A stretch of DNA of 61,230 nt, from IMG/VR virus record IMGVR_UViG_3300007734_000738, positions 1 through 61,230 of that record; one strand, 5' to 3'. The position numbers were made by a program, and so were the translations under genes. Source of the stretch: a virus (lineage: Duplodnaviria > Caudoviricetes). Below the pieces are notes generated by a model. It saw only the letters and a program-made list of their open reading frames with translations, was not told where the DNA came from and made no database searches. Of the stretch, positions 53,026 through 61,230 are shown in pieces. Positions within the stretch are counted from its first letter, which is position 1. Every line of letters starts with the position of its first letter.

Positions 53026-53250
53026 GTGACACTGATACTCGCGTGGATTCCGGTGGTGGTAGTATTGGGTACGCTGGTGTGGGGGCTCAGTTGGTTGCTG
53101 TATGACGCCGTGATGCGGGATGTACGGGCAAACGGCTGTCGTCGAGTAGGACAAGATTGGTTTTACGGTGTGCTCGCTATGCTGGTTTTGGGATATATCG
53201 TTTGGGGATTCGGTGTGGTCCTTGAATGGCTGGTACAGGTGACACGATGA
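53026..53250 (+). CDS. Small 2-TM membrane protein
   Basis: Two hydrophobic segments; GTGA overlap. Confidence 0.5.
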   Translation: MTLILAWIPVVVVLGTLVWGLSWLLYDAVMRDVRANGCRRVGQDWFYGVLAMLVLGYIVWGFGVVLEWLVQVTR

Positions 53251-53570
53251 CCAACACGCAACTGAATCAGCGCGTGGCAGTGTTGCTGGGGTGGAAGGTG
53301 GAATACCCATCGGCAGTTGGCTATAAGGAAGTTACGATGTTATGGATGCCAGATGGTCGTCAGTGGTCCCCCTCCACCAACCTCGCCCAGGCGATGGAGT
53401 TGTGGGCGGAGCATCGTCCAGCCAATAAACCATTTGAAATGCAACTTGGCAGTAGTGGCAAATGGGCCGTATGGGGCTCAGATGAGGTAGGCCAAGTTGT
53501 CTCATACACTGACCTTCCCCGCGCCATTACTGAGGCGTGGTGTGAGGCGAAGGAACAGGAGGGGAAGTAA
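53247..53570 (+). CDS. Phage hypothetical protein (NinX / ABA-sandwich-like)
   Basis: LNQRVAVLLGW...WSPSTNLAQAMEL...LPRAITEA. Confidence 0.6.
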   Translation: MTNTQLNQRVAVLLGWKVEYPSAVGYKEVTMLWMPDGRQWSPSTNLAQAMELWAEHRPANKPFEMQLGSSGKWAVWGSDEVGQVVSYTDLPRAITEAWCEAKEQEGK

Positions 53571-53851
53571 TGAACTATCGCAAGAAGCCAGTAGTGATTG
53601 AGGCTATACAGTTGCAGCGTGGCAACCTAAAAGATGTTGAGACCTTTTTATTCGGCAGGGTGATGCCTGAATCGTATCTTCCTTCTGAACAGTTCTCGAT
53701 CAATTGGGGGAATAGCGAAGTACATATCTACACGCTTGAAGGAACGATGCGGGCGACTCCTGGTGATTGGATCATCCGAGGCGTAAAGGGAGAGCTTTAT
53801 CCTTGTAAGCCTGACATTTTCACGGTGACTTACGAGCAGGTGAACCCATGA
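53570..53851 (+). CDS. Conserved phage protein (YRKKPVVIEA...TLEG...GDWII.GVKGELYPCKPDIF..TYE family)
   Basis: Strongly recognisable motif set. Confidence 0.8.
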   Translation: MNYRKKPVVIEAIQLQRGNLKDVETFLFGRVMPESYLPSEQFSINWGNSEVHIYTLEGTMRATPGDWIIRGVKGELYPCKPDIFTVTYEQVNP

Positions 53852-54192
53852 CCCCCACTGAGGCACAGGAGATGAAACTACAGACGGCGAAACTATGGGA
53901 GCATCTCATTACGTATACGCCAGAGCATCCGATCCTCACAGATGCGGAATCTAAGGCCGCGATCCTGGCTGCCCTCACCGAGGCTTACGAACGAGGGAGG
54001 CGGGATCAGATGGACGTGGATATGCGCACGGTGCAATCTCTCTGCAATGAGGAATGCAAAGCGTACAAGCAGGATAAATCAGGATGCAATCATCCTGATG
54101 GTGAGTCTGTGCATAACGGCAATGTGGTACGAGTGGCTGACAATTTTCGCATCTGGTACATCAGCGAAGTGGCCACCAAGGAGGGAAAGTGA
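53848..54192 (+). CDS. Hypothetical protein
   Basis: Coupled ATGA and GTGA overlaps. Confidence 0.55.
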   Translation: MTPTEAQEMKLQTAKLWEHLITYTPEHPILTDAESKAAILAALTEAYERGRRDQMDVDMRTVQSLCNEECKAYKQDKSGCNHPDGESVHNGNVVRVADNFRIWYISEVATKEGK

Positions 54193-54437
54193 AGAAGCCT
54201 ATCAAGGTGTTCTATAGCGAACTCTCAGGCCGTTTCTACGCGAGCCAACGGTACAAGGTGTGGCCGAGTGGTCTTGTGGAAATTACAGGTGAGAAGTTCG
54301 ACGTGACCAACGACATTGGCGTGGTCATTGAGAAGTATGCCCTTGAATTTACCGTGAGGAAGAAGTGGGGCAGCCAAAGGTTGGAGATTGGGTGCTGTAC
54401 AAGCACGAATCGGGGCAAGAGATTATGGGTATTGTGA
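54189..54437 (+). CDS. Hypothetical protein
   Basis: SELSGRFYA...GEKFDVT pattern; RBS. Confidence 0.55.
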   Translation: MKKPIKVFYSELSGRFYASQRYKVWPSGLVEITGEKFDVTNDIGVVIEKYALEFTVRKKWGSQRLEIGCCTSTNRGKRLWVL

Positions 54438-55131
54438 GGCAGAAGAAGGGGACGGTGTACACGATCAAAGATTGGCTCACAGACGAGGTAGTGGAGCAAC
54501 GGCAGGTCCTCGAAGTCCGGCCACCCACCAAGGAGGGCGCGTGATCTTCAGATGGTATCACCGAACTTGGCCGACGTGCTGGTGGCACGCGCTCTGGCCG
54601 TGGCGAGAGATAATCGCCTTACAGATGAAGTTGCATACGATTAGGGATATAGATTTACCGCAAGAGCGGCGAGTCATGAGCATGATATTCCAAGTCGAGT
54701 TGGTGAAGTTGCAGCGTGAATTGTCGAATTGTCATGCCGCGTTGAGGCGCAAGGGGAAGGCCCTCAAGCAGTTACATAAGCGGGTGCAGTACCACAAGGA
54801 GAAGCGACCATGACGCGCAACAAGGGCTGGTATCGGTTTAGGTTGCCTGCGTTTCGGTACCGACCCACAAAGCGATGGACACAGGCTGAGATTGACTACT
54901 GCGAGCGGAAAGCGATGTGGATCATGAGAACCTGGGCGAACGACTAACGAGACAGGGGCAGGCGGCGGGGATGAACCCGACCGTGTAGCAAGAGACGCAA
55001 GTAGGGTGAGTGGCGAAGCGCGACGAACTACCAGCCCTTCCTCGATATACTGAGGCGTCAGTCAGTACACGGCTCATACGTAGGAGGTGCCGGTATCCAG
55101 TCCGGCCCTGCCCCACAAACGGAGGAATGAG

Positions 55132-55842
55132 ATGGAACTAACGAGAGAACAGGTGGAGACAATGTTTGGCGTGAGTGGAGGGAGAGAGCTTTCCGGCTTT
55201 CCGTATGAGCTGCAACCTAGTACCGTTAACATGTTGCTGGCCCACGACGCCGCGCTACGGCTGCGCTGTGAGGAGGCGGAGCGGATGCAAGCGCGGTGGA
55301 AGGTGCTGGCTTCGATGACGAAAGAATGTGCCTGTGTGTGGGGGATCAATGAGACGCCAGACGATCAATACTGTGGCGGGGAACATAACGATACGATTGA
55401 ACAGCTTTGTCTGGCACATCAGAAAATGTTTGATAAGCAACTGGCCGACCTGACCGAGAAGTTAGCGGAGATGACGGAGGAGCTGGAGAACTACCGATCC
55501 ATTGCCGAACGCGAAGGGGCAACGATTGCGGTGAGTGAGTTGGTGGTACTAAAAACCCAACTCCAGGCGATGACGAAGGAGCGGGACGAATACGAGGCCT
55601 ACAGTCACCTTGCCAATAGGACATTGGATGATGTGACCGCCCCCCTCAAACAGCAACTCGCCACAGCCCAGGCTGAGAATGTGCGGTTGCGGAAGGCGCT
55701 AGGACACTTTAATCGTACAGCCTTTGAGAAGGCACCTTGTTATATCTGTGGATATAACGGGATAGAGTATTATCAACCCTCTACCCATCCGTGCGCGAAA
55801 CTGTTTCACGAGCAAGCCCTCAACACACAGGAGCCCACATGA
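55132..55842 (+). CDS. Coiled-coil hypothetical protein with Cys motifs
   Basis: GGAGG RBS; CYICGYNG..YYQPSTHPC C-terminus. Confidence 0.6.
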   Translation: MELTREQVETMFGVSGGRELSGFPYELQPSTVNMLLAHDAALRLRCEEAERMQARWKVLASMTKECACVWGINETPDDQYCGGEHNDTIEQLCLAHQKMFDKQLADLTEKLAEMTEELENYRSIAEREGATIAVSELVVLKTQLQAMTKERDEYEAYSHLANRTLDDVTAPLKQQLATAQAENVRLRKALGHFNRTAFEKAPCYICGYNGIEYYQPSTHPCAKLFHEQALNTQEPT

Positions 55843-56059
55843 GCCAGGAGACGGTGCAGGCCATCTTCCAGCGTGAGATGATGCCGATTCTAGAGGCGCG
55901 TAATCAGTGCTTTGCGGACAGGAACCTCAAGAATCCTACACGGCCATTTCCAAAAGGGATGCAATGCTGGTGTGGGCACCATAGAATGCAGGAGTCCACG
56001 TGAATAGACAAACACTCCACTCACATAATCGAGTCGACTCTTACGCCAGAGGAGTACCT

Positions 56060-56299
56060 ATGAGCACACACATCCGTCCCCCGATGACCCTGCGTCTCTA
56101 TCTCCATGCCGAACGCGGGCGTGCCGCGCGGCTGGCCGAGGCCTTGCGCGTCCCAGCGACCTTGATCTCACTCTGGGCACGCGAGTCGCGTCAAGTGCCG
56201 GCTGGGCGGTGTTTGCCGATTGAGTGGTACACGCGTGGCGCCGTGCGCGCGGAAACCTTACGACCGGATCTCTCATTCAAACGTCACCCGAGGAGGTAA
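56060..56299 (+). CDS. Cro/YdaS-like HTH transcriptional regulator
   Basis: RGRAARLAEAL.V....ISLW....RQVP..RC..IE..TRGAV..ETLRPD. Confidence 0.8.
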   Translation: MSTHIRPPMTLRLYLHAERGRAARLAEALRVPATLISLWARESRQVPAGRCLPIEWYTRGAVRAETLRPDLSFKRHPRR

Positions 56300-56301
56300 G
56301 T

Positions 56302-56637
56302 ATGTGGATTTGGCACAAGGAAGCGAAGAGTAAGAAATTTGAGGTTGAGGTACCGAGGGTTCCTGAGCGGCATTACTACTCTCGCGATACAATTCGAACA
56401 GCCTATCCCGTGTCGGAATACGAATCGTGTCCTGCGCCTGAGCCGGAGAAGAGGTGGCGAGACATCACCGATCAGGTCGTTGTGAACCACGAGGGGGTGA
56501 TATTGTTGGATAATCACCTGTGTTTTATGGGTCCAGGTTCCTTGTTCCCATCTCCGTCTCGTCGTCTGGTACGATACACCATCGGCACGCAGGGCATTCA
56601 GACCCAACAGGTGCTCCGACTCGAAGAATTCTCTTGA
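56302..56637 (+). CDS. Hypothetical protein
   Basis: GAGGAGG RBS before ATG 56302. Confidence 0.55.
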   Translation: MWIWHKEAKSKKFEVEVPRVPERHYYSRDTIRTAYPVSEYESCPAPEPEKRWRDITDQVVVNHEGVILLDNHLCFMGPGSLFPSPSRRLVRYTIGTQGIQTQQVLRLEEFS

Positions 56638-56662
56638 CGCGCGCGTGAGAATTGTGTACACT
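56634..56662 (+). promoter_or_regulatory. Sigma70-like promoter upstream of the primase cluster
   Basis: TTGACG-17-TACACT. Confidence 0.6.
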
Positions 56663-57419
56663 TCGGCCGTCTAGTGCTTCCACCGACGCCCCCTTCGTGC
56701 AGTCCTCCCGGTCCTCTCTGCTCGCCCGGAGAGCATGTTCCTCTCCCCGAGGATCTGATCGCGAGGGCTGCACGAAGGGGGCGTCACTGTTTATCCTTCG
56801 CGAGAGGTGAGTATGACGTCCTGGTTCCCACGAATTTCTACGGATTCGACTGCCCTGCTGAGCCCCGATCCGACTGTCGCAAGATTGGCTGGTAAATTGT
56901 GGGCGTTTCACGTGCGCTGTCTGCTTCCTCGACCCTATCAGCGTCCGGCGTGGCGTCCTCGTCCGTCACGTGCGGTCCCACTCGATCCACAGTGCGCGCT
57001 ATCAGAGGAGGACCGTCTTCAGTATCATGCGGAACAGTTTCTTAAGACGTGGTTGCAACGGTCGCGCTAAGTTTCACTTTTACCTGGCGAGAGGAGTCTG
57101 TGATGAACCCCACACCTATTCGGCGTGTTGGCTTGTCGTTGCGAGAGAATGACCCGCGTGCCCTCACACCCTTGGGGCGCCAGATCAGTGCCTTAGAGAG
57201 TGCCCTCCATCGATTGGAACGACGGCTCAATGTATTGGAACGCGTCGTCGTGCGTAATCCGATTTAACCTGGCGAGAGGATGCTGAGTATGAATTATCTC
57301 GTGTATCTCCCGTATGCTGCGGTGACGGCGTGCGCGTTCGGACTCTGGCAATCGAATGGGGCCGCCGGCGTGTTTGTCTTTTTTCTCCTTCTGACTCTCT
57401 GTGTCATGGTGCATTTTCG

Positions 57420-59711
57420 ATGAGCGCCGGTGCGACCCCTGATGCGTGGGCGCACTGGGACATGGTCCTTGGGCTCTCTGAGGATCTGCTTCCGGTCGTG
57501 TGTGAGCCGGGGCTCACGATTTCCCCCACCTCCAAACTCGTCTCCTACGGGAAGGTGCCGTCTCGCTTCGATCGACACGGTCATGTGGTCGGCTTCCCAA
57601 AGTGGACCGAACACCGGACGACGGATGCGGAGATCGCGACCTGGTCCTCCAACCCGCGTCTCGGCATCTGTCTCCAGACACGCCGCGTGCGGGCGATCGA
57701 CGTGGATGTGGAGGACGCCGGGTTGGCCGCTCATATCCTCCGCTCCCTCCAACGTGCGGTCCCGCACATTCCGCTTCGACGCCGTGCGAACTCTGCGAAG
57801 TTTCTCGGTCTCATCGAGGTGGCGGGCGACTACCCGAAACAGACCCTTCCCACCACGCATGGAATGATTGAGTTTCTCGGGGACGGGCAACAGTGTCTTG
57901 TGGCGGGGACGCATCCGTCCGGCGTGCCGTATACCTGGGATGGAGGACTGCCCGCTGCAATCCCCGTGGTGACCCCCGAGGCGCTGGCCGACCTCCTCTC
58001 CCATCTCCAACGCGCGTATGCCCTTTCCGGCGCTGACTGGTCGACCCCGCGCGCCACGCGGAAAGCTGCGGCGTCCGACCTCGGGATTCCCCAAGCGGAT
58101 CTCGACGCGTTCGCGGCGGAGTGCCTGGCGAACGACCCGGTGGCGCTGTGGCTCACGCAGTATCAGTGGGTGGTGGCGCACGATCGGGTGAATCTCGCGC
58201 TCCATATTACATGTCCGTGGCGTGAGTCGCATACGTCCGATAACGGTGATCCGACGGCCACGTCCTACTTCCTGGCCGATACTGGGGGATTTGCGAAAGG
58301 GCATTATCGTTGCCTCCATGCCCATTGTACGCAGCGGACGGACGCCGACTTCCTCGACGCGATCGGGTATGCGGACCACCTCTTTCTTGACGGCTTTGCC
58401 CCCTTGGAGGACGATTATGAGACGCTCTTTTATGAAGCTGACGCGCATTCTGTGGCCCGAACCAGCGGGGTCGATTCTCCTCTCGCAGGGCCTGCCTTCA
58501 ACCGTGATATTAGGTCCGGCACTATTAAGCCACTCTTGCAAAACGTCGTCCTGGCCCTTGGCGACCCCGAGTTCTGTGGCCACCGGATCAGCCGGGACGA
58601 GTTTCGGGATGTCCTCCTCCTCGACGACCGACCCTTCAAAGACTCCGACTACACCCAGCTGACCCTGAACCTGGTCAATCGGAAGCAAGGGTTTGGCCCC
58701 ATCTCCTCCGAGATGATGAAGCAGGCGGTCAACTACGTCTCGGAGCAGCATGCGTTTGACTCGGCGATTCAATGGCTCCGGGGGCTCCCGGCGTGGGACG
58801 GCGTCGAGCGGGTGACGACGTTCTGCTCGACGTACCTGGGGGTGACCCCGTCCGCCTACGCGCAGGCGGTCAGTCGCTACTGGTGGACGGCACACGCCGG
58901 GCGCGTCCTGGTCCCCGGTGTGCAGGCCGATATCGCGATCATCCTGATCTCCTCGCAGGGCACCGGCAAGACCTCCTCCATTAAGGCGATGGTGCCGCAT
59001 CCTGACGAGTATGTGGAACTCTCCCTGCTCGACCGGGACGAGGACCTCAGCCGGGCCATGCGGGGGAAGTTGATCGGGGAGATGGCGGAGCTTCGGGGGC
59101 TCAATAGCCGGGACTTGGAGTCCATCAAGGCCTGGATCAGCCGGCAGCGGGAGGAGTGGGTGCCGAAGTACTTGGAGTTCAGCCGGACCTTCCCCCGGCG
59201 CCTCGTCCTCGTGGGGACCTCCAACCAGGAAGAGTTCCTTGCGGACGAGACCGGGAATCGACGCTTCGCCCCCCTGCTCGTTGGCGAGCGACAGGATCGG
59301 GATGGGATTGCCCGCGATCGCGATCAACTCTGGGCAGAGGCGACCGTCTTGTTTGAACAGTCGGGTGTCCTCTGGCAGGATGCCGAGACGCTCGCCAAGG
59401 CGGAGCACAGTCGGTTTGAAATTCATGACGCGTGGTTGGAAACGGTGCGCGAATGGCTGGCGGAGCCTGGCGTGCAGGCCGAGGCGCCTGGCGCATGCGA
59501 TTTTTTACGGATGGATGATGTCTTAAAAGGGGCGTTGCACTTGGATGTAAAATTTTGCAAGCCGTACGAACAGCTTCGACTTGGTAAAATTTTACACCAG
59601 TTAGGGTATCGTCGAGGGACGAAACGGGTGCAAGGTACCCCACGTAAGGTCTGGTACAAAGCTGTTACCCCCTTGTTACCTCGGACGGAGGATGACGGGG
59701 TAACGTTTTGA
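57420..59711 (+). CDS. Bifunctional primase-polymerase / VapE-like SF3 helicase
   Basis: AIDVD, AGTHPSG..Y.W, CPWRESH..CLHAHC Zn finger, SSQGTGKTS, VGTSN..EFLADETGNRRF. Confidence 0.9.
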   Translation: MSAGATPDAWAHWDMVLGLSEDLLPVVCEPGLTISPTSKLVSYGKVPSRFDRHGHVVGFPKWTEHRTTDAEIATWSSNPRLGICLQTRRVRAIDVDVEDAGLAAHILRSLQRAVPHIPLRRRANSAKFLGLIEVAGDYPKQTLPTTHGMIEFLGDGQQCLVAGTHPSGVPYTWDGGLPAAIPVVTPEALADLLSHLQRAYALSGADWSTPRATRKAAASDLGIPQADLDAFAAECLANDPVALWLTQYQWVVAHDRVNLALHITCPWRESHTSDNGDPTATSYFLADTGGFAKGHYRCLHAHCTQRTDADFLDAIGYADHLFLDGFAPLEDDYETLFYEADAHSVARTSGVDSPLAGPAFNRDIRSGTIKPLLQNVVLALGDPEFCGHRISRDEFRDVLLLDDRPFKDSDYTQLTLNLVNRKQGFGPISSEMMKQAVNYVSEQHAFDSAIQWLRGLPAWDGVERVTTFCSTYLGVTPSAYAQAVSRYWWTAHAGRVLVPGVQADIAIILISSQGTGKTSSIKAMVPHPDEYVELSLLDRDEDLSRAMRGKLIGEMAELRGLNSRDLESIKAWISRQREEWVPKYLEFSRTFPRRLVLVGTSNQEEFLADETGNRRFAPLLVGERQDRDGIARDRDQLWAEATVLFEQSGVLWQDAETLAKAEHSRFEIHDAWLETVREWLAEPGVQAEAPGACDFLRMDDVLKGALHLDVKFCKPYEQLRLGKILHQLGYRRGTKRVQGTPRKVWYKAVTPLLPRTEDDGVTF

Positions 59712-59947
59712 GCCTAAAAACTTCTATGTTTTCGCGAGGTTAAAAAATGTTACCCCGACCCCGCAGAAAAGAGTGGGCTCGTACTAAAAAAAAAATCCTC
59801 TATATCCCAAAGCAGAACACGAGAAACGGGGTAGGGGGGAGGGGGAGGGAGGGAGCCGAGGTAACGGAGAAACGGGGGGATCAAGCAATTCACCCCTATA
59901 TAAATCAATACGTTAAGTGTAACCCTAGGGTTACATTTCGAGGTAAC
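59664..59947. repeat. Cluster of GTTAC/GTAAC motifs, an 18-bp palindrome and a G-tract; candidate replication origin
   Basis: GTTACC at 59664, 59675, 59749; GGTAAC at 59699, 59860, 59942; TGTAACCCTAGGGTTACA at 59918-59935. Confidence 0.55.
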
Positions 59948-60006
59948 ACGCTCCCGCACCGGGGTTGTCATGTTTTGCATGTAAAATTTTGCAGAAAGGA
60001 GCCGCT

Positions 60007-60318
60007 ATGAAGACTCGCATGAAGACGTGTGAAGAAATGATTGAAGCTACGTATGCGCGGAGGAGACGCACTCAACGTTCGAACAGGATTGTGTCATCGG
60101 GGACACGAGCCGCGCTGTATTTAGGTTCAGGAGGATTGTGTGAATGGTGCGGCACCCGCCTGACGGACGGGTGGCACGTCGATCACCTGGTCGCCGCGAT
60201 ACGAGGAGGTGGAGACGAGATGCACAATCTACGTGCGTCCTGTATGACCTGCACTCGTCAAAAGGGGATGCAATCCCCAGAGGTCTTTGGTATGTTTGTA
60301 TCTCAGGACCTCATTTAA
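60007..60318 (+). CDS. HNH endonuclease
   Basis: CEWCG...WHVDHLVAAIRGGGDEMHNLRASCMTC. Confidence 0.8.
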   Translation: MKTRMKTCEEMIEATYARRRRTQRSNRIVSSGTRAALYLGSGGLCEWCGTRLTDGWHVDHLVAAIRGGGDEMHNLRASCMTCTRQKGMQSPEVFGMFVSQDLI

Positions 60319-60568
60319 CCTTTACCCGACTCTGGAGACCACCCGATGTCCTCACAACCCGAACCGTCCGTCCATCGCCGTCCCTATGCCGCTCGCACTG
60401 TCCCGCCCCCGACCGTGCGCCCGCCGGCCCTCCTGTTGACTCCGGGCACGCCCTGCCCCCGGTGTCACGGGCTCGTGGTCGTCCGGGCCGTGGTGACCCC
60501 GGAAGGGGCCTTAACGGAGCATTTTTGTGTGGGGTGTAGTCGCAGCTCGCACGCGACGCCGGAGACGC

Positions 60569-60850
60569 CTATGGGGGCGCCCCGGCTCCGCCTGACCCCG
60601 TCCTGCGAGGCGGCCCTAGACCGAGCCTGCGCCGAGCGAGGGTGTCGGTCGGCGTCCGAGGGAGTTGACGACACGTCGGGCATCGTTGTGTCTCGTAGTG
60701 TGCTCGACGCCGCAGAGATACGGTCAATGTTTGTGGACGAATGCCTGCCAGACGCGCACAGGCCGCCACGCTAAGTGGCGGCTCGCTGGTATCGAAGAGC
60801 CGCACGGCAAAGGCCGTGCGGGATTCGATCATGGGGGTCGGTTTCGGCAT
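60569..60850 (-). CDS. Small HTH plus Zn-knuckle protein
   Basis: SVAACARLAGIRPQTL; CPTC. Confidence 0.45.
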   Translation of the reverse strand: MPKPTPMIESRTAFAVRLFDTSEPPLSVAACARLAGIRPQTLTVSLRRRAHYETQRCPTCRQLPRTPTDTLARRRLGLGPPRRTGSGGAGAPP

Positions 60851-61114
60851 ACCGTTATCTCCCGACCGTCCAGAGGAATCGAGCCACTCCTTCCAGGAGG
60901 ATGAGGAGCAGCATGATCGCCCCCAGCAGGGTCAGCCCCACGAACAGATTATTCTTGCTCTTCAAATGGGACATAGTGGTCCTCACATCCTGAGCAGAGC
61001 CCGCTCACGTTGTCGTCGGGGATCTCGTCGTGACATGCTTCGCAGCGGTCTCGCATGGCTGCGCCTCCGCGTGTGTTAAAGAGATTCGTGCGTATCATGA
61101 TGTTCGTTCCTTTC

Positions 61115-61230
61115 TCAGGTTGGGAGTGTGGTTGACTCCGAGACCGCCCATTCCGCACAGGCGATGAGGTCGAGTGGCACCGCCGCCGCCCGCGCCGCCG
61201 CCCACGCCGCTTCCGCCGCCGCCCGCGCCG
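61115..61230 (-). CDS. C-terminal part of the Ala-rich protein that begins at 519
   Basis: ARAAAEAAWAAARAAAVPLDLIACAEWAVSESTTLPT*. Confidence 0.65.
   Translation of the reverse strand, partial: ARAAAEAAWAAARAAAVPLDLIACAEWAVSESTTLPT

Noticed and set aside
57294-59426. 710-aa antisense ORF opposite the primase-helicase
   Set aside because: No recognisable domain or RBS; the kind of stop-poor shadow frame expected opposite a GC3-rich gene, unlike the antisense HNH in the intein.

Overview
Essentially complete ~61 kb genome of a tailed dsDNA phage with podovirus-like organisation: P22-type terminase, portal, N4-gp56-like major capsid protein, tail tubular proteins and a 3152-aa polyvalent ejection protein. 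The two window ends interrupt the same Ala-rich gene, so the sequence probably closes into a circle. Layout: leftward small early genes (1-4.3 kb); a rightward packaging, lysis and virion module (4.6-36.8 kb); a leftward nucleotide metabolism and replication module (36.8-52.3 kb: metallophosphoesterase, dNTP diphosphohydrolases, SNF2 helicase, ThyX, VRR-NUC, PolB, SSB, DUF2800 nuclease); and rightward small genes, a Cro-like regulator, a primase-helicase and an HNH (52.4-60.3 kb). No integrase was recognised. Most notable: (1) a terminase intein whose HNH endonuclease is encoded on the opposite strand as a separate gene with its own RBS; (2) an endonuclease VII overprinted in the -1 frame of a dATP/dGTP diphosphohydrolase gene; (3) a PolB split at the fingers by an HNH-AP2 gene into two separately initiated halves; (4) tandem hammerhead ribozymes directly upstream of a SAM-lyase-like gene; (5) an anticodon-less tRNA-like RNA with an alanine acceptor identity, next to a frameshifted Acb2 (anti-CBASS) homolog missed by the ORF track. 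Three single-base frame breaks sit in short homopolymers and may be sequencing errors. All family assignments come from motif recognition by eye, with no searches run.
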